From NCBI GenBank assembly GCA_037388505.1, contig JARRKC010000014.1:2651-66650 (forward strand): DNA of 64,000 bases, written 5' to 3'. Below, in pieces: positions 39,128 through 49,455 of this stretch. The position numbers were made by a program, and so were the translations under genes. Position 1 is the first letter of the stretch; each line of letters opens with the position of its first letter. This DNA is from Acidobacteriota bacterium (GTDB lineage Bacteria; Acidobacteriota; UBA6911; RPQK01; JAPXNP01). The notes under the pieces are model-generated. The model saw nothing but the letters and a program-made list of their open reading frames with translations, was not told the DNA's origin and did no database searches.

Positions 39128-40368
39128 CAGCGGACGGCCTCCACGTCTTCGGAAGGCCAGACACGATTCCCGCCGATGTACGTCGCCGCGCAGGCGTTGG
39201 GCCGGAAATGGTACAGCCAGTGATCCAGACTCTCCGCGTCCAGAAGAACGAAATCGGCTCTTTTCCCCACCTCCAGCGATCCAATTTCTCCGTCCATCCC
39301 AAGGGCCCGAGCGGCGAGTGATGTGGCCCCCAGCAAGGCTTCCGAGGGGGTCATGCCCGACAGAATGCAGGACAAAGACAGAGCGAGCGGAAGATGGTAG
39401 GTGGGAGCGGAACCCGGGTTGAAGTCGGTGGCCACAGCCACCCGGACGCCCCTATCCATCAGTCTGCGTGCGTCCAGCGGCGGTTGCTTGAGGTAGAGCG
39501 ACGCCAGCGGTAGAGTCACGGCGGTGACTCCGGCTTCAGCGAGCCGCTCGATGCCCTTCTCCGAGACTCGCTCGAGATGATCCGCGGAGAGCGCCCCGAC
39601 CTCAACCGCCAACGCGGCTCCGCCCAAATCGGACAGTTGGTCGGCATGCACCCTGGGTTGGAGTCCCCAGCGTGAACCGGTCTCCAGGATTCGACGAGCC
39701 TCGGGTATGGTGAAGGCGCCTTCCTCGACGAACACATCACAGAATCTCGCCAGGCTTCGTCCGGCCACCTCGGGAATGATCGTTTCACAGATCAGATCGA
39801 CATACGCGGGGCGCTGGTCGGCGAATTCGGGAGGAACCGTATGAGCCGCCAGGAGAGTCGGAAGAATTCGAACCGGCTGCAGGCGCGCCAGACGGGCGTA
39901 GACCCCCAGGATCTTTCGCTCCGTCTCCAGGTTGAGACCATATCCGCTCTTGCATTCAACGGTCGTCGTGCCAAGCGAAGCCATCTCCTGGAGAAAGGCC
40001 TGACAGCGCTCGATCAGATCTTCTTCGCAAGCAGCGCGGGTAGCCCTCACCGTGTTCAGGATGCCTCCTCCGGAGGCCGCAATCTCGAGGTAGGTTCGTC
40101 CGGCGGACCTCAAGACGAATTCATCGGTCCGCCACCCCCCGAAACACAAGTGCGTATGACAGTCGATCAGCCCTGGAATGAGCAGTCGTCCACCGGCATC
40201 GATCCAATCGTCCCTTGGGATCGACGGGGGCAGGTTCGCTTCGTTTCCCACCCACGAGATTCGCCCGGCCTCCCACACGAGGGCGGCAGCATCGATCGTT
40301 TCGGGGACCGACTGGGAACCCAGAATGCGACCCGTGACGAGCTGTCGAACGTTTCTGATTAGCGGCAT
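39127..40368 (-). CDS. hutI: imidazolonepropionase
   Basis: 413 aa amidohydrolase; metal-binding HxH (IDCHTHL) and the HutI-typical C-terminus. Start overlaps the hutH stop. Confidence 0.85.
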   Translation of the reverse strand: MPLIRNVRQLVTGRILGSQSVPETIDAAALVWEAGRISWVGNEANLPPSIPRDDWIDAGGRLLIPGLIDCHTHLCFGGWRTDEFVLRSAGRTYLEIAASGGGILNTVRATRAACEEDLIERCQAFLQEMASLGTTTVECKSGYGLNLETERKILGVYARLARLQPVRILPTLLAAHTVPPEFADQRPAYVDLICETIIPEVAGRSLARFCDVFVEEGAFTIPEARRILETGSRWGLQPRVHADQLSDLGGAALAVEVGALSADHLERVSEKGIERLAEAGVTAVTLPLASLYLKQPPLDARRLMDRGVRVAVATDFNPGSAPTYHLPLALSLSCILSGMTPSEALLGATSLAARALGMDGEIGSLEVGKRADFVLLDAESLDHWLYHFRPNACAATYIGGNRVWPSEDVEAVR

Positions 40369-41870
40369 TAACCAAGCGCTCCAACGGCCTCTTCCGCTGC
40401 TTCGATCAAGCCCGGATTCCGAACCAGCTCCCGGGAGTTGCTCAGATCCTGCTCGAAGTAGTGATCCCGTTCCGCATGCGGAATGGCGCGGCGAACGAAC
40501 TGGTGAGCCTCTTCGACCCCCTTTCCCGGTTTCAGGGGACGCCGGTAGTCCAGCGCCTGAGCGGCCGTCAGGACCTCGATCGCAAGGACCATTTCGACGT
40601 TCTGAAACACCTGATGGAGCTTCAGTGCCGAGATGCTGCCCATGCTGACATGGTCCTCCTGACCCAGACTGGTCGGTATCGAATCAACCGACGCTGGATG
40701 GCACAACACTTTGTTCTCGGAAACAAGTGCCGCAGCGGTGTACTGAGGGATCATGAATCCTGAGTTGATACCCGTCTCGCGCATCAGCAGAGCTGGAAGA
40801 CCATCCTGTCCGGCCAACAAAAGATAGGTGCGCCGTTCGGAGATGCTGGCGAGCTCGGCCAGAGCCATCGCCGCAAAGTCGAGCGCGAGGGCCAGCGGCT
40901 GACCATGGAAGTTTCCCCCGCTGATCACGTCTCCTTCAGGGAACACCAAAGGGTTGTCGGTGGCAGAATTGATCTCGGTTTCGAGAACCGTCGCACCGTA
41001 GTTCAGTGCATCCCGGCTGGCTCCATGAACCTGAGGTACGCAGCGCAGGCAGTAAGGGTCCTGGACCTTCCCGCAATGCCGATGCGATTCCAGAATCTCG
41101 CTTTCGAGCAGCAGCTGCCGGACATTCCGGGCCACCCTGGCCTGACCGGGGTGCGGCCGGACTTCCTGAACTCGCGGATCGAACGGCCGAACCGAGCCCT
41201 GGAGAGCCTCCAGACTCATCGCCGCGACCAGGTCGGCCGTCTTGACGAGGCGTCGGCAGCGATAGGCGATCCAACATCCATACGCCGACATGAGCTGCGT
41301 GCCGTTGATCAGGGAGAGGCCATCCTTGGCCTCGAGCTCGACGGGACTCAGTCCCCGCTCTTCCAGGATCGGGCCCGCTGCGCTTGCGCTGGCGCCCGCG
41401 GCATCCCACAACCGACCGAGGCCGATCAGCGGAAGGCAGAGGTGAGCCAGCGGAGCCAGGTCACCCGAGGCACCGAGACTCCCCCGGCTGGGTACGACAG
41501 GTATGAGATCCATCTCGGAGAAATCGAGGAGTCGATTGAAGGTCCCCAGCGACACTCCGGAGAAGCCCAAACCCAGGGAGTGGATCTTGAGATCCAGCAT
41601 CAGCCGGGAGATCTCCCTCGGAACAGGCTCGCCCACGCCAACAGCATGGCTCAGCAGAAGGTTACGTTGCAGTTCCCGAATCTGCTCGGGAGCGATACGC
41701 TTCTGAGCTAGTGCGCCGAAACCGGTGTTGATGCCGTAGTACGAGGATCCGTCCCGTAACGCCGCCTCGACTCGGGCGCGACCGGCTCGGACGCGATCCG
41801 GCCGGCGGCGCAGTTGCTCGAGGCTTTCCTTCAGATCTTCGTACAGCGTGGAGATTCTGACCTGTTTCAT
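40368..41870 (-). CDS. hutH: histidine ammonia-lyase
   Basis: 500 aa; MIO-forming [12 protein letters not shown] motif. Confidence 0.9.
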   Translation of the reverse strand: MKQVRISTLYEDLKESLEQLRRRPDRVRAGRARVEAALRDGSSYYGINTGFGALAQKRIAPEQIRELQRNLLLSHAVGVGEPVPREISRLMLDLKIHSLGLGFSGVSLGTFNRLLDFSEMDLIPVVPSRGSLGASGDLAPLAHLCLPLIGLGRLWDAAGASASAAGPILEERGLSPVELEAKDGLSLINGTQLMSAYGCWIAYRCRRLVKTADLVAAMSLEALQGSVRPFDPRVQEVRPHPGQARVARNVRQLLLESEILESHRHCGKVQDPYCLRCVPQVHGASRDALNYGATVLETEINSATDNPLVFPEGDVISGGNFHGQPLALALDFAAMALAELASISERRTYLLLAGQDGLPALLMRETGINSGFMIPQYTAAALVSENKVLCHPASVDSIPTSLGQEDHVSMGSISALKLHQVFQNVEMVLAIEVLTAAQALDYRRPLKPGKGVEEAHQFVRRAIPHAERDHYFEQDLSNSRELVRNPGLIEAAEEAVGALG

Positions 41871-43543
41871 GAACGCAACATGGGCAAATCGATCCCGCGG
41901 TTGCGGGCTGTCTTGATTGCGGCCTCGTAGCCCGCATCCGCGTGCCGCATGATTCCACTTCCGGGATCCGCGGTCAGGACGCGCTCCAACCGCCGATCCG
42001 CTTCGGTGGTCCCGTCGGCGACACAGACCATTCCGGCGTGAATCGAATAGCCGATCCCCACTCCGCCGCCATGATGAATGGATACCCAGCTGGCTCCGCA
42101 GGCCGTGTTCAACAATGCGTTGAGCAACGGCCAGTCGGCAATGGCATCCGAGCCGTCCTTCATCCCTTCCGTTTCGCGATTCGGGGAAGCCACCGAGCCG
42201 GCGTCAAGGTGGTCCCGGCCGATCACGATCGGAGCCTTGATCTTTCCCTTGCGTACGAGCCAGTTGAACTTGAGTCCCATTTCGGCCCGTTCGCCGTAAG
42301 CCAGCCAGCAGATTCGGGCCGGCAAGCCCTGAAAGGGCACATTTTCCTTCGCTTTCCGGATCCAGCGAACCAGCGAGCTCTTTTCGGGAAAGGTCTCCAG
42401 CACGGCCTCATCCGTCACGAAGATATCCGCCGGGTCACCCGACAGCGCAGCCCACCGAAAGGGTCCGGCGCCTAGACAGAAGAGCGGACGGATATACTCG
42501 GGAACGAAACCGGGGATCTGGAATGCCTCCTCGAAATGGCGATGGTCGGCGACCTGCCCGCGCAGGTTGTTCCCATAATCGAAGGTCACAGCCCCCTTGT
42601 TCTTCAGATCCAGCATGGCCTTGACATGCACGACCATCGAGTCGAGCACGGCCGTCTCGTATGACGGATAGTCCCGCTCACGCAGCTGGCTCGCCTGCTC
42701 GAGCGTATACCCGGCCGGGATGTAGCCGACTCTCAGATCGTGGGCCGCCGTCTGATCGGTGAGCACGTCCGGTACGACTTCCCGGCGGACCAATTCCGGC
42801 AGTACATCTGCGACGTTCCCGAGCAGAGCGATCGACAGCGCTCGCTTCTGTCGTCGGGCCCCCAAAGCAAGTTCCAGTGCTTCGTCCAGGCTTTCACACG
42901 AACGATCGCAGTACCCCGCCTTGACGCGTCGGCGGATCCGACCCGGATCGACTTCAACACCGAGGAAGACACCGCCGTTCATAGTGGCGGCCAGAGGTTG
43001 AGCGCCACCCATACCCCCGAGACCCGCGGAGACGACGAGCCGCCCTTCCAGCGAACCTCCAAAATGGCGTCGGGCGCAGGCTGCGAACGTCTCATAGGTC
43101 CCTTGGAGGATGCCCTGAGTGCCGATGTAGATCCAGGACCCCGCCGTCATCTGACCGAACATCGTCAGACCGAGCGCCTCGAGTCGCCGGAATTCGTCGA
43201 AAGTGGCCCATCGAGGGACGAGGTGTGCGTTTGCGATCAGGACTCTCGGCGCCTCCTGGTGGGTACGAAACACTCCCACCGGTTTTCCGCTCTGAATGAG
43301 AAGACTCTCATCGTTTTCGAGTCTGCGCAGCGTCTCGACGATGCGGTGATAGCATTCCCAGTTCCGCGCCGCCTTCCCCGCACCTCCGTAGACGATGAGT
43401 TCATCCGGCTTTTCCGCAACGTCGGGGTCCAGGTTGTTCATCAGCATGCGCAGGGCCGCCTCCTGATGCCAGCCCTTGCAGCTGATCTGAGTACCTCGGG
43501 GGGCCCGGACTTTGACCATCGAAGATTCAGACTGGGGTGCCAT
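41867..43543 (-). CDS. hutU: urocanate hydratase
   Basis: 558 aa from the internal Met ([25 protein letters not shown]...). The track ORF carries a 52-aa Arg-rich N-terminal extension that is unlikely to be real. Confidence 0.9.
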   Translation of the reverse strand: MAPQSESSMVKVRAPRGTQISCKGWHQEAALRMLMNNLDPDVAEKPDELIVYGGAGKAARNWECYHRIVETLRRLENDESLLIQSGKPVGVFRTHQEAPRVLIANAHLVPRWATFDEFRRLEALGLTMFGQMTAGSWIYIGTQGILQGTYETFAACARRHFGGSLEGRLVVSAGLGGMGGAQPLAATMNGGVFLGVEVDPGRIRRRVKAGYCDRSCESLDEALELALGARRQKRALSIALLGNVADVLPELVRREVVPDVLTDQTAAHDLRVGYIPAGYTLEQASQLRERDYPSYETAVLDSMVVHVKAMLDLKNKGAVTFDYGNNLRGQVADHRHFEEAFQIPGFVPEYIRPLFCLGAGPFRWAALSGDPADIFVTDEAVLETFPEKSSLVRWIRKAKENVPFQGLPARICWLAYGERAEMGLKFNWLVRKGKIKAPIVIGRDHLDAGSVASPNRETEGMKDGSDAIADWPLLNALLNTACGASWVSIHHGGGVGIGYSIHAGMVCVADGTTEADRRLERVLTADPGSGIMRHADAGYEAAIKTARNRGIDLPMLRS

Positions 43544-43599
43544 GACGCGCCTCCTTGGCTCCTCTATAGCACCCGGCGACCTGGAATGTCCATCGAGGC

Positions 43600-43651
43600 G
43601 AATTTGAGATTTGCGAAGCCCGGCTTCCAGCTTCTCCAAAATCTCAAATTC
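43600..43651. promoter_or_regulatory. Candidate operator: 14-bp inverted repeat GAATTTGAGATTTG ...(24 bp)... CAAAATCTCAAATTC in the hutU / symporter divergent promoter
   Basis: Arms match 13/14. Located ~50-100 bp upstream of both divergent start codons. Confidence 0.35.
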
Positions 43652-43701
43652 CCTCTCCCGCCGCTCGATGGTAGTATCCCCTCCGAGGCGACGGCTCAAC
43701 C

Positions 43702-45657
43702 ATGCAGCATCTGCAGATTCTCGATCTTGTGGTCATCCTGGGCTTCTTCGCAGTGATCATCGCCATTGCGGCACATTACTCACGAAAGGCCGGCCGAGAC
43801 ACGGGACAGTACTTCCTGTCCGGGCGCAATATGCCCTGGTACATCGCCGGAACTGCCATGGTGGCCACGACCTTCGCCGCTGACACGCCGTTGGCGGTGA
43901 CCGAGCTCGTGGCCCGCAACGGGATTGCGGGAAACTGGCTGTGGTGGAATCTGGCCATCGGCGGCATGCTGACCGTGTTCTTCTTCGCCCGTCTCTGGCG
44001 ACGCGCAGGCATCATGACGGACGTCGAGTACGTTGAGCTTCGCTACCACGGCAAGGCGGCCGCAGCGCTGCGAGGCTTCCGGGCGATCTACCTGGGACTC
44101 TTCATGAACGCCATCGTGCTGGGGTGGGTCAACAAAGCGATGGAGAAGATCTTCAAGGTCACGATTCCGGAGGTCGATCCGTTTCTGCTGGTCGTTCTCG
44201 CCGCCTGTGTCCTCGCTGTATACGCGTCCGCCTCGGGCCTTTTGGGAACGGCCCGTACCGACAGCCTGCAGTTCGTCTTCGCCATGCTCGGATGCATCGT
44301 TCTTGCGGTCATCGTGATCGAGCTTCCTCAGATCGGAGGGCTCGGGCCTCTGAAAGCCAAACTCGCGCCTCAGCTTCTCGACTTCTTTCCTCGAATCGGG
44401 GAGATCTCGGCGGGTGGAGTAACCGGAGGAGCGATGGCGATCACGACCGGCGCCTTCTTTGCTTATGTGGGGGTCCAATGGTGGTCGGCCTGGTATCCCG
44501 GCGCGGATCCCGGGGGAGGAGGCTACATCGCGCAGCGCATGATGTCCGCCAAGAACGAGAAGCACAGCCTCTTTGCGACGCTCTGGTTTACCATCGCTCA
44601 CTACACCCTTCGCCCCTGGCCCTGGATTCTGGTGGCACTGGCCGCCCTGGTCCTGCTCCCGAGATCTGCTACCCCTGAGGCAATCCGGGCCGAGAACCCA
44701 CAGCTTTACGAGAAGGTGACGGCGGCCTATGAGAGCCCCGGCCTGCTCACGAGTCTCGGAGCAGAGGCCCAATCGGACGAATTCAGGGCGATGTACGAAA
44801 AATACGAGAATACGGTTGACCCCGGAGTCATGTATCCCAAACTGATGCTTCGCTTTCTTCCGCCGGGGCTTCTCGGACTCCTGATCGCCGTTTTCCTGGC
44901 CGCCTATATGTCGACCCTCTCTTCTCAATTGAACTGGGGGACTTCATACATCGTCAACGATTTCTATCGACGCTTCGTCAGACGTGATGCGGACGAAAAA
45001 CACTATGTTCGGATTTCCCGGCTGGGCATTCTGCTGATGACAGTCTTCTCGCTCCTGGTGACCCGCTACTTTCTGACACGGATCTCCGATGCCTGGGAGT
45101 TCGTGATCAACGCCAGCGCCGGAATGGGTGCAGTCCTCATACTGCGTTGGTTTTGGTGGCGGATCAACGCCTGGTCCGAGATCTCCGCCATGATCGCCCC
45201 TCTGGTGATCTACCCGGTGTCGCGCTACTATTTCGGTATCGAGCCTCCCTTGACGCTGTACCCTACCGTTCTCGGAACAACCGTCGTCTGGATGTTCGTC
45301 ACGTTCTTCACGCGGCCCGTACCCGAATCAAAACTCATCGATTTTTACCGTCGAGTCCACCCCGGCGGGATCGGCTGGCGGAGCATCGCCGCGAAAGTGC
45401 CGGACGTCCCCTCCGACACCGGCTTCGGTCGTCTGTTCCTCGACTGGATCCTGGGAATCGTCATGGTCTACTCGATCCTCTTCGGGGTCGGTGATCTGCT
45501 CTTCGGAGAATCGCTCAGCGGCTTGGCCGTTCTGGGCATTGCCGTTGTCGCAGCTGCACTGATCTGGCGAGATCTCTCCAGAGTCGAAGCCGGCAAACTG
45601 GAAAGTTCCGAGTTTCGAGTTCCGAGCCCCGAGGGTACAAACCGGGTACAAAGGTAA
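43702..45657 (+). CDS. sodium:solute symporter family transporter (SSF); C-terminal ~19 aa encoded by repeat / IS-end sequence
   Basis: 651 aa; SSF N-terminal signature ([24 protein letters not shown]...) and 13-14 TM helices. The tail ...[21 protein letters not shown] is translated from GAGTTCCGA units and the IS-end motif, and the stop TAA lies inside GGTAACAG. Confidence 0.8.
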   Translation: MQHLQILDLVVILGFFAVIIAIAAHYSRKAGRDTGQYFLSGRNMPWYIAGTAMVATTFAADTPLAVTELVARNGIAGNWLWWNLAIGGMLTVFFFARLWRRAGIMTDVEYVELRYHGKAAAALRGFRAIYLGLFMNAIVLGWVNKAMEKIFKVTIPEVDPFLLVVLAACVLAVYASASGLLGTARTDSLQFVFAMLGCIVLAVIVIELPQIGGLGPLKAKLAPQLLDFFPRIGEISAGGVTGGAMAITTGAFFAYVGVQWWSAWYPGADPGGGGYIAQRMMSAKNEKHSLFATLWFTIAHYTLRPWPWILVALAALVLLPRSATPEAIRAENPQLYEKVTAAYESPGLLTSLGAEAQSDEFRAMYEKYENTVDPGVMYPKLMLRFLPPGLLGLLIAVFLAAYMSTLSSQLNWGTSYIVNDFYRRFVRRDADEKHYVRISRLGILLMTVFSLLVTRYFLTRISDAWEFVINASAGMGAVLILRWFWWRINAWSEISAMIAPLVIYPVSRYYFGIEPPLTLYPTVLGTTVVWMFVTFFTRPVPESKLIDFYRRVHPGGIGWRSIAAKVPDVPSDTGFGRLFLDWILGIVMVYSILFGVGDLLFGESLSGLAVLGIAVVAAALIWRDLSRVEAGKLESSEFRVPSPEGTNRVQR

Positions 45658-45698
45658 CAGACGGGACCGAGTATTGAGTTCCGAGTTCCGAGTTCCGA
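45604..45698. repeat. GAGTTCCGA-family units (45604..45632 and 45675..45698) flanking a solo copy of the IS left-end sequence (45633..45668, identical to 45705..45740)
   Basis: Read directly. The 36-bp sequence gggtacaaaccgggtacaaaggtaacagacgggacc occurs twice in direct orientation, 72 bp apart. Confidence 0.6.
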
Positions 45699-45712
45699 GA
45701 TCGATCGGTACA

Positions 45713-47068
45713 AACCGGGTACAAAGGTAACAGACGGGACCGGGAACATGGGTGACAGTTTTCCGGCAGCATGAGAGGCCGAGGAGGTCTCGGATGCCGT
45801 GGAAGGAAACTGCACCTGTGAAAGAGCGAATCAAGTTGATCCTGGAAGTGGAATCGGGGGTGTTCAACTTCAGTGAAGTGTGTGAGCGGTATGGAGTGAG
45901 TCGGAAGACGGGGTACAAGTGGGTCCGGCGGTATGAGCAAGGGGGCTTCGATGGATTGAAGGATCACAGCCGAACTCCGCATAGCTGCCCGCATCAGACG
46001 CCGCAGGAGGTCGAGGATCGGATTGTGGCGTTGCGTGATCGGCACCAAGACTGGGGGCCGTTGACGCTGCGGATGTGGTTGGCGCGACATGAACCGGAGG
46101 TGAGCTGGCCGGCGGTGTCGACCATCGGGGACATTCTCCAACGCAAGGGAAAGACGAAACGACGACGACGACGGCCGCGCCCCCAGGCGATCTACAGTGG
46201 GACGAAGGTGCACAGTGATGCGCCGAACGAGATTTTGACAGCGGACTTTAAGGGGCAGTTCCGCACCGGGGACCGACGCTACTGCTACCCCCTGACGATT
46301 CTGGACCACTACAGCCGGTTTTCGCTGTGCTGTCAGGGGTTGGAGTCGACGGCGACGGCGGGGGCACGGGAGCAGTTCGAGCGGGTCTTTCGGGTCTATG
46401 GTCTGCCCCAGGCGATCCTGACGGATAACGGCACTCCCTTTGCGGGGAACGGACTGAGGCGATTGTCAAGATTGTCGGTGTGGTGGATTCGATTGGGCAT
46501 CCAGCCGTTGTTGATTCAGCCGGGCCACCCCGAACAGAACGGACGTCATGAGCGATTCCATCGCACCCTCAAACAGCGGACGGCGATTCCACCGGCCGCC
46601 GACCCGCAGGGTCAGCAGCGACGATTCGATCGTTTTCGCCAAGAGTACAACGAGCAGCGGCCGCATCAGAACCTCGACGGCAAGACGCCGGCCGAACTCT
46701 ACCGACCATCCTCACGAAGCTATCCCCGAAAGCTGCCCGAGGTCGACTATCCGGGGCACTACGAAATACGCCTGGTCAGTTCCAGTGGCCATATCAAGTT
46801 CCAGAACCGGCAGACCTTTCTCAGTGACGTGTTGTCCGGCGAACGGGTCGGACTCGAGGAGATCGAAGACGGGATCTGGTCGTTGTACTTGGGTACCGTG
46901 GTGATCGGACGATGGGATGAGGCGCAGCGCAAAATGTACGGTTGAACGGTGGAAAGCCAGGGTTACAGTCGCCCTCCGGGCTCCTTCCACCCTGGCTCCC
47001 CACCGTCGGAAATCGCAACCCAAAGTGTTACCCATGTACCCAGTCGAATCTGTTACCCATGTTCCCGG
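45713..47068 (+). mobile_element. IS481-family insertion sequence (~1.36 kb) with imperfect ~23-bp terminal inverted repeats AACCGGGWACAWRGGTAACAGA and an inner second copy of a 17-bp motif at each end
   Basis: IRL 45713..45735 versus reverse complement of 47046..47068 (20/23 match). Single DDE-transposase ORF inside. Exact boundaries are uncertain because end-derived sequence is reiterated outside both ends. Confidence 0.5.
45794..46945 (+). CDS. IS481-family DDE transposase (HTH + integrase-core/rve domain)
   Basis: 383 aa from the Met with GGAGG RBS (MPWKETAPVKERIKLILEVESGVFNFSEVCERYGVSRKTGYKWVRRY... HTH). rve region ...AILTDNGTPF...HPEQNGRHERFHRTLK... carries the DDE motif. Confidence 0.85.
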   Translation: MPWKETAPVKERIKLILEVESGVFNFSEVCERYGVSRKTGYKWVRRYEQGGFDGLKDHSRTPHSCPHQTPQEVEDRIVALRDRHQDWGPLTLRMWLARHEPEVSWPAVSTIGDILQRKGKTKRRRRRPRPQAIYSGTKVHSDAPNEILTADFKGQFRTGDRRYCYPLTILDHYSRFSLCCQGLESTATAGAREQFERVFRVYGLPQAILTDNGTPFAGNGLRRLSRLSVWWIRLGIQPLLIQPGHPEQNGRHERFHRTLKQRTAIPPAADPQGQQRRFDRFRQEYNEQRPHQNLDGKTPAELYRPSSRSYPRKLPEVDYPGHYEIRLVSSSGHIKFQNRQTFLSDVLSGERVGLEEIEDGIWSLYLGTVVIGRWDEAQRKMYG

Positions 47069-47227
47069 TTGCGCAGAGAGTTCGAGTCCCGAAGGCGCGA
47101 CGGACGCCATGGGTTTGCGCAACCGGGACCATGGGTACCAGATTCGACTGGGTACATGGGTAACACTTTGGGTTGCGATTTCCGACGGTGGGGAGCCAGG
47201 GTGGAAGGAGCCCGGAGGGCGACTGTA
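46964..47227. repeat. 264-bp palindrome: 111-bp arms (2 mismatches) separated by a 42-bp spacer. Arm 1 is the 3'-terminal region of the IS (after the transposase stop); arm 2 is an inverted duplicate lying outside the IS
   Basis: Arm 1 (46964..47074) tacagtcgccctccgggctccttccaccctggctcc...gttacccatgttcccggttgcgc. Arm 2 (47117..47227) is its reverse complement. The identical peptide RPPGSFHPGSPPSEIATQSVTHVPSRI appears in track ORFs on both strands. Arm 2 ends 10 nt before the metB2 ATG and overlaps its AGGTGA RBS. Confidence 0.8.
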
Positions 47228-47237
47228 GGTGACCATC

Positions 47238-48416
47238 ATGGCGAAAATCAACTCGACAGACTGCGTGCATGCCGGAGTGGAGAGGAATCACACAGAGGGC
47301 TCTGTTACGCCCCCGATCGTCCATTCGGCTCCCTTCTCTTTCTCCTCCACGAAGGAGCTTCGAGACTTCATGGAGGGCCGCTCGGTGCGTCGGCAGCCGG
47401 AATACGGCCGCATGGGCAATCCGACCGTCGCCTGCGTCGAGAAGAGACTGGCCGCTCTCGAGGGCGCGGAGCAGGTTCGTCTGTTCGGCAGTGGAATGGC
47501 CGCCGTGACGACGCTGTTTCTGTGGTTCCTGAAGTCCGGTGACCGACTCATCCTGACCTCCGACTCCTACCGCAGAACCCGTGACTTTGGCGTGCTGTTG
47601 AACAAGTTCGGGGTCGAGCTCGACCTCGTCGCCCCCAACATGGATGCGATCGAAGCGGCGATCCGCCCGGAAACCCGCCTGATCTTCTCCGAAATCCCCA
47701 CGAACCCGTACCTGCGGGTCCTGGACGTGAGACGTCTCGTCCACATGGCGCACTCGAAGGGGATTTTGACGATCATCGACAGCACATTTGCCACTCCCGT
47801 TAATTTCCGCCCGCTGGACATCGGCGCCGATCTGGTCACCCATTCTGCTACCAAGTACCTGGGCGGGCACAACGATCTGATCGCGGGCGTGGTCGCAGGC
47901 CGGGCCGAACTCGTCGAGCCTGTGAGCGAGTTCTTGATGACGCTCGGCGGCATCTGCGACCCGAACACCGCCTTCATGTTGGAGCGCGGACTGAAAACGC
48001 TGGAGCTTCGTGTGCAGCGCCACAACACGAACGGCCGTCAGGTTGCCGAGTTTCTGGAATCGCGCCCGGAAATCGAGCGCGTGTTCTATCCCGGCCTCCC
48101 CTCACATCCGGACTTCTCCCTGGCCAGGGATCTGATGACCGGATTCGGTGGTGTGGTCACCTTCCTGGTCAAGGGTGGGTTCGAAAACACGGCGACGTTC
48201 GTTGATCGGCTGCACATTCCCAGACTTGCCCCGAGCCTGGGGGGAGTTGAATCGCTCGTCGATCACGTCGCCCTCATGAGCTTCTGGGAGTTGTCCCGGG
48301 AACAGCGCGAGGCTTACGGAATACACGACAACCTGGTCCGACTGGCCGTTGGAATCGAAGACCCTGTAGATCTCGTTGCCGATCTCGAGCAGGCACTCTC
48401 TTCGCCCGCTCGGTAG
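47238..48416 (+). CDS. Cys/Met-metabolism PLP-dependent enzyme (cystathionine gamma-synthase / beta-lyase family), paralogue 2
   Basis: 392 aa from ATG with AGGTGA RBS (the track starts 9 nt earlier at GTG). HSATKYLGGHND PLP-lysine region; ~45-50% identical to 22628..23794 by eye. Confidence 0.8.
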   Translation: MAKINSTDCVHAGVERNHTEGSVTPPIVHSAPFSFSSTKELRDFMEGRSVRRQPEYGRMGNPTVACVEKRLAALEGAEQVRLFGSGMAAVTTLFLWFLKSGDRLILTSDSYRRTRDFGVLLNKFGVELDLVAPNMDAIEAAIRPETRLIFSEIPTNPYLRVLDVRRLVHMAHSKGILTIIDSTFATPVNFRPLDIGADLVTHSATKYLGGHNDLIAGVVAGRAELVEPVSEFLMTLGGICDPNTAFMLERGLKTLELRVQRHNTNGRQVAEFLESRPEIERVFYPGLPSHPDFSLARDLMTGFGGVVTFLVKGGFENTATFVDRLHIPRLAPSLGGVESLVDHVALMSFWELSREQREAYGIHDNLVRLAVGIEDPVDLVADLEQALSSPAR

Positions 48417-48460
48417 CGGGCGAGAAAGACCGCGACCCGAGACCCCAATTTCCAGGATGC

Positions 48461-49312
48461 TTACTCCGACTTGCTGACCGGGGTCGTCAGTACGGCGCAA
48501 GGGCTGTGGCGGATCACTCGTTCGGTCGTCGTTCCGATCGTGGTGAACTCGAGGAACGGTCGATGTTCGACGCCCATTACGATCAGATTCGCTCTTTCCT
48601 CCCGGGCAACCAGCACGACTTGCTCCGAGGCTTCGCCCGATCGGACGATCTCTCGGACACTACACCGCTTGCGGCTCTGCTCGGGAATGAATCCACAAAG
48701 TTCCGCCATGGGATCCTTGATTTCTTCGCCTTCCTCCACGGCATAGATCGCGACCAGCTCCGCTTGAAAGCGCGAGGCCAGGTCGCACGCGAGCAGGAGC
48801 GCTTCGCGCGCATGATCGGTGAAGTTGACGGGGACGAGCACCTTTTCGACATCCACTTCCCCCGGCGCACCTCGCGCTACCAGAACGGGGCAGTGCGCTG
48901 ACTTCACAAAGTTCTCGGCGACCGATCCCATCATCAAGCGGGCCAAGCCCGTGCGGCCGTGGCTTCCAAGAACCAGCAGGTCCGGCTCGTACCGGTGAAT
49001 CTGCTTCTCGATGACTTCCAGGGCGTGCCCCTCGTCGACCTGATACTTCAGCTTGACCGAGGGATCGACATGTTCCTTCGCCAGTGCCTTCAGCGCATTG
49101 ACCAGATGTTCCCGATCCAGTTCGGATTGACCGGCGAGCTCCTCGATCTGAGCGTGCGTGAAGTAGGCCGGCAACTCGATCCAGGAGGCATGCAGCAGCT
49201 CCAGTTCCGCTCCATACGAGGAAGCAAACCGATTCGCCCAGGCCACGACTTCACCGGACGCACGGCTCAGGTCAACACAACAGAGAATACTTCGGGGCTC
49301 AAACGCTGGCAT
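48461..49312 (-). CDS. universal stress protein, tandem UspA domains
   Basis: 283 aa; two Usp domains, each with the ATP-binding-type motif (LLVLGSHGRTGLARLMMGSVAENFV / LIVMGVEHRPFLEFTTIGTTTERVI). Confidence 0.8.
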   Translation of the reverse strand: MPAFEPRSILCCVDLSRASGEVVAWANRFASSYGAELELLHASWIELPAYFTHAQIEELAGQSELDREHLVNALKALAKEHVDPSVKLKYQVDEGHALEVIEKQIHRYEPDLLVLGSHGRTGLARLMMGSVAENFVKSAHCPVLVARGAPGEVDVEKVLVPVNFTDHAREALLLACDLASRFQAELVAIYAVEEGEEIKDPMAELCGFIPEQSRKRCSVREIVRSGEASEQVVLVAREERANLIVMGVEHRPFLEFTTIGTTTERVIRHSPCAVLTTPVSKSE

Positions 49313-49455
49313 ATCAACCTCCGCTTTCTTCCCATCATATGTGGTTCGCCGATTTCAGTTTCTCGCGCCGCCGACCGACCCGCAAGAGCCGAGGGACTTG
49401 AGCGGGGAGCTCAAATTCATTGACAACACTGGTTCGGCCGGATACAGGGTGGCCC

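Noticed and set aside
42740-43756. 338-aa plus-strand ORF (also 40905..41711 and 43780..44928)
   Set aside because: Antisense shadows of hutU, hutH and the SSF symporter respectively.
47028-48023. 331-aa minus-strand ORF and the 46949..47542 plus-strand ORF
   Set aside because: Antisense to the second metB/metC-like gene and/or read through the 264-bp palindrome. The shared peptide in both is a palindrome artefact.
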